Source: a virus (lineage: Duplodnaviria; Caudoviricetes). Taken from it: DNA of 64,000 nucleotides. Position numbers and translations under genes: made by a program. This document shows, piece after piece, positions 9,947 through 18,482 of this stretch (the first letter of the stretch is position 1; each line of letters opens with the position of its first letter). The notes under the pieces are model-generated. The model saw nothing but the letters and a program-made list of their open reading frames with translations, ran no database searches and was not told where the DNA came from. The stretch lies in the IMG/VR virus record IMGVR_UViG_3300032285_001531, one strand, 5' to 3'.

Positions 9947-11152
9947 TTATTGGAATGTTAGGTTGCTTACAGCAATCTCACCAACGTAATCAGCAGCATT
10001 ACCGAATGATGATGCTGTGTTAGTTAATTCGATATAACCATAACGTGTCATAAATGATACGACTGGCTCGAATGTTGATGGATCTAGAACAACACCACTG
10101 CTCATCAATGGAATGTATGGGCAATAGAATGCTGCTGCGTCTGTTTCGCTTGAACCTTTATAACCAACTAGAACTGGTGTGTTATCTGCTGCATATGAGT
10201 CAACGAATACACGCATTGCGCCATTCAATGTACCAACAAACTTAGTGTTAGTTGGAGCTTCGAATGTACCTTCAGTTGTACGAGCAAATGCGCTAGTAGT
10301 CGCTGATTGTAGTACTGTTAATGCTGCTGATGAAACAACTGCCCAGTTACCAGCGCCACGGCGTGTACGCTGAGCGATTAAGTTAGCAACACGATTGATT
10401 AGAACAGCTAAAGCAGCGTGTTCGTCACCAACGTAAGTTGCAGTACCTGATACTGTAGCTTGGTTGTATGTATACTCAGTTGTTGCTAGTGTACGCAATG
10501 ACAATAGAATCTCTTGGTCGATCTCAGCAGTAATTTCTTGTGCTAGAGCAGCCATGATTTCTGCTTCAACGTCAATCCCGTGTTGTGATTGTGCGTCTTG
10601 TGCAGCTTCGAATGTCCAACGTGCTTGTAGCTTACGTGATTTAGCTTCAACAGCTTGACGTAAGATTTGTACGCTGATTTGCTTACCACCGTTACCCTCT
10701 AGGGTAGCTGTGTCTGCTGCAGTGTAGCTGTTAACTGCTGTAGCAGCAGCTAAGTCACCACGTGTACGTGAATACGCTTGTGCAATTTTGAATGGGCTTA
10801 ATGCTTCTTCACCAGCTGTAACTGAAGTTTGGGCTGCTGATTGGTCATTTAAACCTTGTGCATAACGTACACGTAATGTGTGGATTTGGCCAACTGGGCC
10901 AGTCATTGGCTGAACGCCAACTAATTCATTTGCAATAACAGTTGGCATTACACGACGGATAACCGGTAGAATTACACGATTAAGAGTAGCGATGTTACCT
11001 GCTGTTGTTGTACCAGCTGAAGATTCAGATAGTAATTGCTTGCGAGTGTTTTCTAATAATACACCCATTGTTGAACGACGGTTTCCTTTTAAGCCTTCTA
11101 ACAGTGCTTCTCTGGTTTCGTCCCAACGGCTTTCTAAGAGTACTTGTGACAT
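9947..11152 (-). CDS. gp23: Major capsid protein, T4 gp23-like (401 aa)
   Basis: Motifs LIPxxRRxxPxxIA-like (ILPVIRRVMPTVIANELVGVQPMTGP), VEAKSRKLxARWTFEAAQD, EITAEIDQEI and YCPYIPL...DPSTFEP...MTRYG. Strong AGGAG RBS. Likely L-x-E maturation site (LLSE). Confidence 0.97.
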   Translation of the reverse strand: MSQVLLESRWDETREALLEGLKGNRRSTMGVLLENTRKQLLSESSAGTTTAGNIATLNRVILPVIRRVMPTVIANELVGVQPMTGPVGQIHTLRVRYAQGLNDQSAAQTSVTAGEEALSPFKIAQAYSRTRGDLAAATAVNSYTAADTATLEGNGGKQISVQILRQAVEAKSRKLQARWTFEAAQDAQSQHGIDVEAEIMAALAQEITAEIDQEILLSLRTLATTEYTYNQATVSGTATYVGDEHAALAVLINRVANLIAQRTRRGAGNWAVVSSAALTVLQSATTSAFARTTEGTFEAPTNTKFVGTLNGAMRVFVDSYAADNTPVLVGYKGSSETDAAAFYCPYIPLMSSGVVLDPSTFEPVVSFMTRYGYIELTNTASSFGNAADYVGEIAVSNLTFQ

Positions 11153-11184
11153 TTTTATATTCTCCTAAATTATGTCTTTTTTAA

Positions 11185-12288
11185 TTAAAGCCCTGCCAAA
11201 CGCTTGATGTCAATCACATTATCACGTGATTCACCTTCATTCTTTTGTTTGATTGCAGCTTTATCCCCAGTTACTTCCTTAACGCTTTCATTAATCATAG
11301 TCTTTTTAGTTGCTACTTTCTCTGAACCGTTATTCAATACTGCTGGGAGATACTTATCAAAAGCGTCTTGTAGACGTGGTGTCTGTACGCTTTCTAGTAA
11401 GTTCTTCATTAAACTAGCTTTTTCTTCGTTTAAGGTTCCGAGTAAATCACCCATAACCTTTTCACGTTGATTGCTTTCTTTAATGATACGAACTTCACGT
11501 TCCTTACTTTCAATTAAGACTTTCGCCTTATTGATCATTTCTGTGGATTCAGCCAATTTCTGATCTTTTTCTGCTAATGCTGCTAATAAACTGCGTGTAT
11601 CAGCGGTCTCATTTAAATGAGTTGCACTGTATTCACTTGCATAAGCTTCAAAAATCTTACGACCAAAATTGTTCTCACGAGCAACTTGGATATCTTCTTT
11701 CAATTGACTAATTTCACCCTTAAGATGTGTAGTAACTGCTGAATTGATACGCTTAGCACTCTCACTAACAAATTTAGCTTTTAGAGTTTCTAATTGTTTA
11801 CGGCCTTCAGCAACTAACTTAACCTTTGCTTCAACTACTGCTTGCTTGTCTTGTGAGAATTCTTTGATTTCACGTGCTAGAGCATGAACGATGAATTGTT
11901 CTAGCTTTTGCTGACCTTCAAGTTGTACCATACGATCATTACGTAATTCTTTGATTTCTTCTGCTAACTTAGTTACCATAAAATCATTGAACTTACTTGC
12001 ATTTTCACGTAGTTTTAGTTGTGCTTTTACACGGTCTTCATTCATTGCTTCTCTTTCAGAGTGAAATTCACGAATCTCACCTTCTAGATTTGCAGTTACC
12101 ATCTTGTCAAGGGCTTCCACCATTACATTCTTGTCGTGTTCATAACGCTGTGCGAATTCTTCATGTAATTCTGCACGTACTTGCTCACGAGCTTCGTTCA
12201 ATTTTGATTCCCATGCTTCGTTTATGGCTTGGCTGGTTTCTTCATTGATGATTCCGCTCTCAAGTAATGGTTTAATAGCATCAAACAT
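11185..12288 (-). CDS. gp22: Prohead core/scaffold protein, gp22-like (367 aa)
   Basis: Long Glu/Lys-rich coiled coil located between the protease and MCP genes (T4 synteny 21-22-23). Confidence 0.85.
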   Translation of the reverse strand: MFDAIKPLLESGIINEETSQAINEAWESKLNEAREQVRAELHEEFAQRYEHDKNVMVEALDKMVTANLEGEIREFHSEREAMNEDRVKAQLKLRENASKFNDFMVTKLAEEIKELRNDRMVQLEGQQKLEQFIVHALAREIKEFSQDKQAVVEAKVKLVAEGRKQLETLKAKFVSESAKRINSAVTTHLKGEISQLKEDIQVARENNFGRKIFEAYASEYSATHLNETADTRSLLAALAEKDQKLAESTEMINKAKVLIESKEREVRIIKESNQREKVMGDLLGTLNEEKASLMKNLLESVQTPRLQDAFDKYLPAVLNNGSEKVATKKTMINESVKEVTGDKAAIKQKNEGESRDNVIDIKRLAGL

Positions 12289-12302
12289 GCTGTGTTCCCC
12301 TA

Positions 12303-12941
12303 TTATTGAATCTTGAGGTCCTTGATAAGACGAACCATTTCGTCTTTCAGGTATCTCTGAACTTTTTTGTCAGCACTTGCATCTTTTGCAATATCCAACA
12401 CACGATGACCATGACGCATGTTCATTAGTCCTTCGTAAATTGCTTTTGGATATGCATTAGGAGCACTAGGTTGTGCGACTACATCTACAGTGACAATTTC
12501 AAAGTCACTGACCTTACCAGTAATATCGTCAACGTTTCCGCTTCCTCTAGAACTGACACCTAATTTTACACCACTCTCTAACATGGTCGATATTAATTGA
12601 CCCATTGGAGTTGGTAATATTTTTAACTTTCCGAAACCATTAGGACCATCCATCCACATATTTGTAATCATGTGAGATACACGGTCTAGGTTGATTTTTA
12701 GATCATCGGGGTGATCGACTTCTCCTAATACGGAGTTGCCTTCCATTATTTGTTGATTGAGTTGTTCAACTGCGGATTCAATTTCATCAATGGGGTAAAC
12801 ACGTTCATTAGCGTTCTTTACCCCACCTTGAATGAAGATCCCTTTCATATAAAGGGACTTCTTATTTTCACCATCACTTACACTTTCGACCACTATATTA
12901 GCACGGTCGAAAGTTAAGTTTTCTCTTAGATACAAAGCCAT
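12303..12941 (-). CDS. gp21: Prohead maturation protease, gp21-like (212 aa)
   Basis: YMKGIFIQGGVKNANERVYP, GEVDHP (catalytic His), GVSSRGSG (catalytic Ser) and DVVAQPSAPNA. Confidence 0.95.
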   Translation of the reverse strand: MALYLRENLTFDRANIVVESVSDGENKKSLYMKGIFIQGGVKNANERVYPIDEIESAVEQLNQQIMEGNSVLGEVDHPDDLKINLDRVSHMITNMWMDGPNGFGKLKILPTPMGQLISTMLESGVKLGVSSRGSGNVDDITGKVSDFEIVTVDVVAQPSAPNAYPKAIYEGLMNMRHGHRVLDIAKDASADKKVQRYLKDEMVRLIKDLKIQ

Positions 12942-12959
12942 TTGCTCTTGGAGTTCCTA

Positions 12960-13814
12960 TTACTTAATACGCTTTTTAGCTGTTTTGCTTTCAGCTACTG
13001 GGCTTTTTGTATTAACACCAGTTGCTTGAGCTTTATGAGCCGCAGGCGCTTTGTCTAGTTTTTGTCCAGTTTGTGATGGAGCATTTTTCCACTCACCTGA
13101 ATGCTTAACTGTTGTTTCACCTTTTGAACCATAGTTACTTGGTGCTTTTGGTCCTGTTGGAACTGACTCTGGTGAACCTGAGAAGTTAACTGGATTTACG
13201 TTAGGGGCTTTAACTTTTGGTCCGCCTGTTAATGCTGTGCTTTTGGTGTTTGAACCATCATCACCGCCAATTTTTGAACCATATAAGCCTGGTACTTGCT
13301 TTAGTTGAATTGCTTCTTCTAAAGATTCAGTCATATCTTCTTCTTCATCATCATCTTCTTCGTCACCGAAATCTTCTTCGCCGCCCATTTCTTCATCGCC
13401 GAAATCTTCTTCGCCGCCCATTTCTTCATCGCCGAAATCTTCTTCGCCTTCATCATGACCCATAATTTCTTCAAACTCAGCCATTAACATGTCTAGTTTA
13501 TCTTCGATATCTACAACACGATCTTCTAGGTCTTCGATTTCTTCTTCTTCTGATTCTTCATCATGTGCTAGGCCTTCTTCTTCGTCATCCATTTCGATGT
13601 CGGCAAATTCGTCATCATCTTCTGACATGCCTTCTTCTTCATGACCGATTTCGTCCATTAGATCACCTACTTGACCGCCCATATTTTCATCCATCATTGA
13701 TTCATAGATTTCTCTTGATTTTTCAACTACGATGTCGTGGAATAATGCACGTGCTTGTTCTTCATTCTCATTGATAATTAGATCAATAAGTTGTTCAAAT
13801 TTTCTGTTATCCAT
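12960..13814 (-). CDS. Highly acidic prohead core/internal protein (gp67/gp68-like position, 284 aa)
   Basis: Helical N-terminus, Asp/Glu-rich middle and basic Pro/Gly/Lys-rich tail; lies between the portal and protease genes; AGGAG RBS. Confidence 0.65.
   Translation of the reverse strand: MDNRKFEQLIDLIINENEEQARALFHDIVVEKSREIYESMMDENMGGQVGDLMDEIGHEEEGMSEDDDEFADIEMDDEEEGLAHDEESEEEEIEDLEDRVVDIEDKLDMLMAEFEEIMGHDEGEEDFGDEEMGGEEDFGDEEMGGEEDFGDEEDDDEEEDMTESLEEAIQLKQVPGLYGSKIGGDDGSNTKSTALTGGPKVKAPNVNPVNFSGSPESVPTGPKAPSNYGSKGETTVKHSGEWKNAPSQTGQKLDKAPAAHKAQATGVNTKSPVAESKTAKKRIK
13366..13448. repeat. 33-bp exact tandem repeat (2.5 copies) encoding EEDFGDEEMGG
   Basis: Unit ccgaaatcttcttcgccgcccatttcttcatcg at 13366-13398 and 13399-13431, plus a partial copy to 13448. 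Confidence 0.9.
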
Positions 13815-13850
13815 TATTAAATTCTCCTTTTGAAATGGCTCTGTAATAAT

Positions 13851-13858
13851 TATTTAGT
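13851..13858 (-). promoter_or_regulatory. Late promoter ACTAAATA for the core-protease-scaffold-capsid operon
   Basis: Motif lies directly downstream of a terminator and upstream of the AGGAG RBS of 13814. Confidence 0.7.
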
Positions 13859-13867
13859 GGGTAGTTG

Positions 13868-13897
13868 AAAAAACAGCACATTAAGTGCTATTTTTTT
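13868..13897 (-). terminator. Intrinsic terminator, potentially bidirectional
   Basis: Minus strand TAGCAC-TTAAT-GTGCTG-TTTTTT; an A/T tract flanks the other side as well. Confidence 0.65.
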
Positions 13898-13922
13898 GCG
13901 TTTTTTGAAAAGATATGCTTTT

Positions 13923-14144
13923 TTAGACACCAGGAGCAGCTGGTGGCGGCATATATTGTTTACGGACTTGTTTTAAGTTCTTTGCTCTTTCAAAACTACG
14001 TACATCAAACATCTTACGTAGCTTACGAATTTGTCTTAATGTTAGTTTGGTTTTACGGGATTCTCTCCATTTAGGTTGACTGTTGTCATCTGCAACATCC
14101 TGTAATCCTTCAATTGGCTTGTCAAACATTTCAAAAAGTTTCAT
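13923..14144 (-). CDS. Small basic prohead-associated protein (73 aa)
   Basis: Clean ORF in the head cluster with its own late promoter; function inferred from position only. Confidence 0.6.
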   Translation of the reverse strand: MKLFEMFDKPIEGLQDVADDNSQPKWRESRKTKLTLRQIRKLRKMFDVRSFERAKNLKQVRKQYMPPPAAPGV

Positions 14145-14151
14145 AGTAATG

Positions 14152-14159
14152 TATTTATC
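14152..14159 (-). promoter_or_regulatory. Late promoter GATAAATA (7 nt before ATG)
   Basis: Motif match. Confidence 0.7.
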
Positions 14160-14162
14160 ACT

Positions 14163-15944
14163 TTACATGCCAACTCCGCCAGGGGCAGGAGCTCCACCAC
14201 CGCCGGTCATTGCACCTGGTCCTTGTACCGGAGGAACTACTTCAGTAGGACCACCTGGTTGTTCAGGGGGTTGTTCCATAGTTTCTGCAGTTTGCAAATC
14301 AGTGTCTATGTCACCGGAGCTAATACCAATACTACGTAAATCTCCACCTGTGATATCCTCATCTACATCTTTATCACGTTCTTCTTTCCATAGCTTTTCG
14401 TTTTCTGCAATTTCTTCTTCAGTCAATCCTAAGAATCGCTGTAGAGCAAAACGCTTACTAATATATGGAAAAGCTTCCATTGATGCAAATGTAGTGACAC
14501 GGTCTTTGTCTAATTCACTTTGACGATATGCTGCAAAGTTCTGAGGTGCATTGAATTTAATATCAAAAATACCAGAATCAATATTGAATCCGCGCCATCT
14601 TAAGAATAGTTTGAATTCATCATCTAGCTTTTGACTGATATAATTCTGTAGTCTTTCGCAATATTGATTGAATCTAAACTCTTGTATCATTGCTGTACCA
14701 ACACGACCATCATTTAATGGTACTTGTCCATCTTCTGGACCTGTCGGTAAATAGCTACTTGGCACACGCAAACCACGTGCTAACCTGTTATTAAAGTATT
14801 TTAAATCGTCAATTTCACCAAGGTTTTGTCCACCTTGTAACAAGTCAACTGAGCTACCTCTACCGTCTGCAGTTACAGGGAAGAAGTAATCTTCATTGAT
14901 ACTTAATGGGTTATATGTAGCATCCAGTGTGCCACTGCCTCCACCAGTTGTTGGAATCCTACGTTGATGTATTTCATTTTTAACTCTATCAACGAAAGCC
15001 ATAGCCATATGACTTGGCATGTTACCTACGTCAATTTTAAATACTCTACGTTCCGGCGCACGACTTATGCGATAGATTAGAATAGCATCTTCAAGCAATT
15101 CTTTTTGCTTGTAGACTTTAAATATATTCTCTAAAATACTTTGTCCAAAGGGCCAATAACGATCTAAACCCTCTGTTAAACTTAAATGAATAACATGTTT
15201 AGCATCAACTGCTGCTTCATTTAATCCTAAAGTAAATCTGCTTCCTGTAGTACCATATGGTTCATTAGGAACTGTATAGCTATAAGGCGCACTATAACCT
15301 GCTGTTGGAGGCTGTGCTGCAAAATCATTGGTAGTTTTTGCTGCTACTGTTAAATTCTGTAGATTGGGATTAATATCTTTAAGTACATATTGCTCAGGCT
15401 TCTTTCCTTCGCTTTCATTTACAATGACCTTAGTTACTTTGGTCATATCTACCCAATATAGTTTAAAGTTTTCTGGATCACGAATGAATACTTGATCTCC
15501 GTATTTGATACAGTTACGGAAGATTTTGAAAACTCTAGTCTCAAATTCGTTTAATTTACACCATTGTTGAAGTTGTTTCTTAAGCAATTCTACTTCATGA
15601 GGAGTAGGATCCTCTTTAAATTCTAAGTTAAATGGTGTATTATTGTGTTCATTTTTCTGTGTGCTGAACTCTGCAATAATGTCTAAACATGCATTAATTT
15701 CAGCATCTACATCCATCATTTCATATTGATTGTAACGTTCTACACGATTAGGATGCCCTGTATATACTTCAGGTAATCTACTTTGATAATTTTTGTATCC
15801 AAAATCAGTATTGTAACCGCCACCTGTTTCGGTTTTGTTCATTCCGGCACCACTGTTCCAGGCACCATAGTTACTATTGTTGCCTGAGATAGGACTCATT
15901 TGCCCAGTTGTGTTCGGGGCTGAAAAACGCTTTTTATATGACAT
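14163..15944 (-). CDS. gp20: Portal vertex protein, gp20-like (593 aa)
   Basis: YEMMDVDAEINACLDII, LEDAILIYRISRAPERRVFKIDVGNMP, EDYFFP...GRGSSVDLLQGGQNLGEIDDLKYF and LRVPSSYL. Confidence 0.96.
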   Translation of the reverse strand: MSYKKRFSAPNTTGQMSPISGNNSNYGAWNSGAGMNKTETGGGYNTDFGYKNYQSRLPEVYTGHPNRVERYNQYEMMDVDAEINACLDIIAEFSTQKNEHNNTPFNLEFKEDPTPHEVELLKKQLQQWCKLNEFETRVFKIFRNCIKYGDQVFIRDPENFKLYWVDMTKVTKVIVNESEGKKPEQYVLKDINPNLQNLTVAAKTTNDFAAQPPTAGYSAPYSYTVPNEPYGTTGSRFTLGLNEAAVDAKHVIHLSLTEGLDRYWPFGQSILENIFKVYKQKELLEDAILIYRISRAPERRVFKIDVGNMPSHMAMAFVDRVKNEIHQRRIPTTGGGSGTLDATYNPLSINEDYFFPVTADGRGSSVDLLQGGQNLGEIDDLKYFNNRLARGLRVPSSYLPTGPEDGQVPLNDGRVGTAMIQEFRFNQYCERLQNYISQKLDDEFKLFLRWRGFNIDSGIFDIKFNAPQNFAAYRQSELDKDRVTTFASMEAFPYISKRFALQRFLGLTEEEIAENEKLWKEERDKDVDEDITGGDLRSIGISSGDIDTDLQTAETMEQPPEQPGGPTEVVPPVQGPGAMTGGGGAPAPGGVGM

Positions 15945-15950
15945 AATTAG

Positions 15951-15958
15951 TATTTATG
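15951..15958 (-). promoter_or_regulatory. Late promoter CATAAATA (6 nt before the portal ATG)
   Basis: Motif match. Confidence 0.7.
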
Positions 15959-15959
15959 A

Positions 15960-18479
15960 TTAATTGTGGGCATATAGTTTTATGTCACTATATATTCGGT
16001 TACTTTCTTCTACCTTTGTATTCAAATCATCTAGTTTAGCTAGTAATATATCAGTAAATAAAGTATCAGTAGACTGTTGTTCTGCTGCTTGTACAGGAGC
16101 CGATGAGCCAAATGAACTAGAACTATTAGAACCTAACTCTAATTTACCATCAGTAAAGCCACTTAAACTCTTGTTGTTCATATCTATAGAAATAGTACCG
16201 TTTGTTAAAGGGATTTTTGCTTCAGTGCCATGAAGTAACGCAGCATAGCCTGAATTAGGTCCATCAAACATTCCACCCAGTTTAGCTTTTGGTACAACGT
16301 GAACCGGGTCTCTATCTTTGTGTGGTCTATGTAATCCAAATTCTTCTAGTATACCTTTTGATTCTAAAAAGTCTAACTGTGCTGCATCAATATCAACTGC
16401 TTTACCTTTACTGTGTGCGCTACCACCTGCACTTGGCATATAGTAACCACCTGCAAATGGTTTATCTTTACTTCCGCCTGCTTTAACCCATGCTTTATAT
16501 ATTGCTTCTTGTTCTTCCTGTGAACGATATGAACTGTTTATCGATAGTCTTTTTCCACCGGATAAGTTATAATATCTTTCTGCTAGTGCTGAAACAGTAG
16601 AACCAAATGCAGGATCTAGTTGACCAAAATGTTTTGCATCATTTGAATTACCAGCTTTAAATTCAAGGAAGCTACCTGAAACTTCTGCAGCACCTCCACT
16701 AATTGATTGTTTTCTTTTTTTATTTTTTTCTCTTTCCTGTGTTCTAGCTTGACGGTCTAGTAATTCCTGTCGTTTCTGTTCAAGTGTTAGTGTGTCAGTT
16801 CCGTATTTTGCTTTTTCATTTTTACGTTGTTCTTGTAGTGCTTTATCAGCAGCAATAACATCAGCATCCGCTTTCTTTTTTTCTTCTGGACTTTTAGCTG
16901 CTTTCTTAGCTTGCATAGCTTTATCATATGCATCTTTAGCAGCTTTAGTCTTTGCACCTTCATCTCGTTGCATTGAAATTTGTTTGTCGGTTTCAGTTAA
17001 GCTTTTCTTTATAGCTTGATTTACTCCCTTAATATCTTTGTCATCACCTAATATAGCCAATGCAGCTTCTAGTTCTTTATTTGTTCCACCAGATAACCAA
17101 TTACCTAATTTAATAGCACCTATAGCAGTTTGTTTTACTAAATCTGCTAAAGTTCTGAATACAAAGTTAACTGGACCACTAACAACTCCCATAGTTTTCT
17201 CATAGGTTATTGCAGATTGGCGCTCTGTCTTAGCAGCATCAATCTGTGTTTCTTTTAATCCTGATTTTATTTTACCATCACTATCTTTTTGTTTCTTTGC
17301 AAGGTCAATTTGTGCCTGAACATCAACCATATTCTGTACATTTGCTAATTTTTCAGCACCTTCTAACCTTTTTACTGACATGCCAGTTTGTTCTTGATAA
17401 TCTTTGCTTATCTGTAGTGATTTTCTATTAGCTTTCTCATAATCTGTTGTTGCGTTTGCTATGCGTTTATTAAACTCTACTCCGTCAATTTGACCACTTT
17501 CTAATTGTGCAACCCATAAACCAATTTCACCCTTAGTTGTAGCCATTAAAGCTTCACCTTCTTTGGTTGTTGCTACTCCATTAGAAAGGAAATCACGAAC
17601 AGCCGCTGCAGTTTGTGGACCCATTAGAGCTGCACTAATAGTCGATGCATCTTTAAAGTTTTTAATTGCTTTGTCGTTACCGGCTCTGTTTAATTCTCTT
17701 AGTTTTAAATTAAATTTCAAATCATTTGCTTGAGCAGCCATTTGATCAGCTAATTCATCTACATTATGTCCAGTTATAACTGATAAGCCAATTAATGAAG
17801 TAGCATAATCTAAAGAACTTTGTCTTGTGTTTTTTGCACCCTTTTCTAAACCAAAACCCAATGTCTCTTGCATTTTAATATATTTGGTTTGCATCATTCT
17901 CAAGCTATCTTGATTCTGACCTAACCTCATAAACTCATCAACTACCCCATCAGTTTTTGTTATCTGTGATAACTCATCAATACCAACTGATGTTGTTTTT
18001 CCTAAGTTTATTAATCCTGTATTTGAATCTTCGATTGATTTTAAAAATGATTCATTGCTTTTTACTGAAGTATTTGATTCATGCGTTATAGTAGATAACT
18101 TCTCAGCAGTAGTTCCGGCAGCAATACCAAACTTTGATACTCTATCAAACGCAGTTAACTGTAAATCATTCTGCTCGAACACCATTTCTGTTAACGTACT
18201 GATAGTTCGAATTATGCTGCCTATTGCACCGCCTACACCAGGTATACTTCTAGAAGCATTATCTAAAAATTTACTAGTATAATCAATTGATTTTTCAAAT
18301 TTTGCAAATTTATCATTTGCATCATAAAAAGCAGAACCAGTAGCTGATGCTGCTCTAGTAAAATCTAAATAGGCACTAGTAATCTTAGAGGCAGCGGCTT
18401 TACCTTGGGCAGTAGATTTACTAAAATCTTCTATGCCCTTACCAATATCATCTACTGAATCACTAATATTATCAGCCAT
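15960..18479 (-). CDS. Tape-measure-like protein B (839 aa) with an inserted M15-type (D,D-peptidase-like) domain
   Basis: Long Ala/Lys/Thr-rich helical body paralogous to 18483-20618. SINSSYRSxEEQ, SAHSKGKAVD (SxHxxGxAxD) and DPVH motifs. C-terminal GPNSGY..LHGTEAKIPL. Confidence 0.75.
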   Translation of the reverse strand: MADNISDSVDDIGKGIEDFSKSTAQGKAAASKITSAYLDFTRAASATGSAFYDANDKFAKFEKSIDYTSKFLDNASRSIPGVGGAIGSIIRTISTLTEMVFEQNDLQLTAFDRVSKFGIAAGTTAEKLSTITHESNTSVKSNESFLKSIEDSNTGLINLGKTTSVGIDELSQITKTDGVVDEFMRLGQNQDSLRMMQTKYIKMQETLGFGLEKGAKNTRQSSLDYATSLIGLSVITGHNVDELADQMAAQANDLKFNLKLRELNRAGNDKAIKNFKDASTISAALMGPQTAAAVRDFLSNGVATTKEGEALMATTKGEIGLWVAQLESGQIDGVEFNKRIANATTDYEKANRKSLQISKDYQEQTGMSVKRLEGAEKLANVQNMVDVQAQIDLAKKQKDSDGKIKSGLKETQIDAAKTERQSAITYEKTMGVVSGPVNFVFRTLADLVKQTAIGAIKLGNWLSGGTNKELEAALAILGDDKDIKGVNQAIKKSLTETDKQISMQRDEGAKTKAAKDAYDKAMQAKKAAKSPEEKKKADADVIAADKALQEQRKNEKAKYGTDTLTLEQKRQELLDRQARTQEREKNKKRKQSISGGAAEVSGSFLEFKAGNSNDAKHFGQLDPAFGSTVSALAERYYNLSGGKRLSINSSYRSQEEQEAIYKAWVKAGGSKDKPFAGGYYMPSAGGSAHSKGKAVDIDAAQLDFLESKGILEEFGLHRPHKDRDPVHVVPKAKLGGMFDGPNSGYAALLHGTEAKIPLTNGTISIDMNNKSLSGFTDGKLELGSNSSSSFGSSAPVQAAEQQSTDTLFTDILLAKLDDLNTKVEESNRIYSDIKLYAHN

Positions 18480-18482
18480 TAA

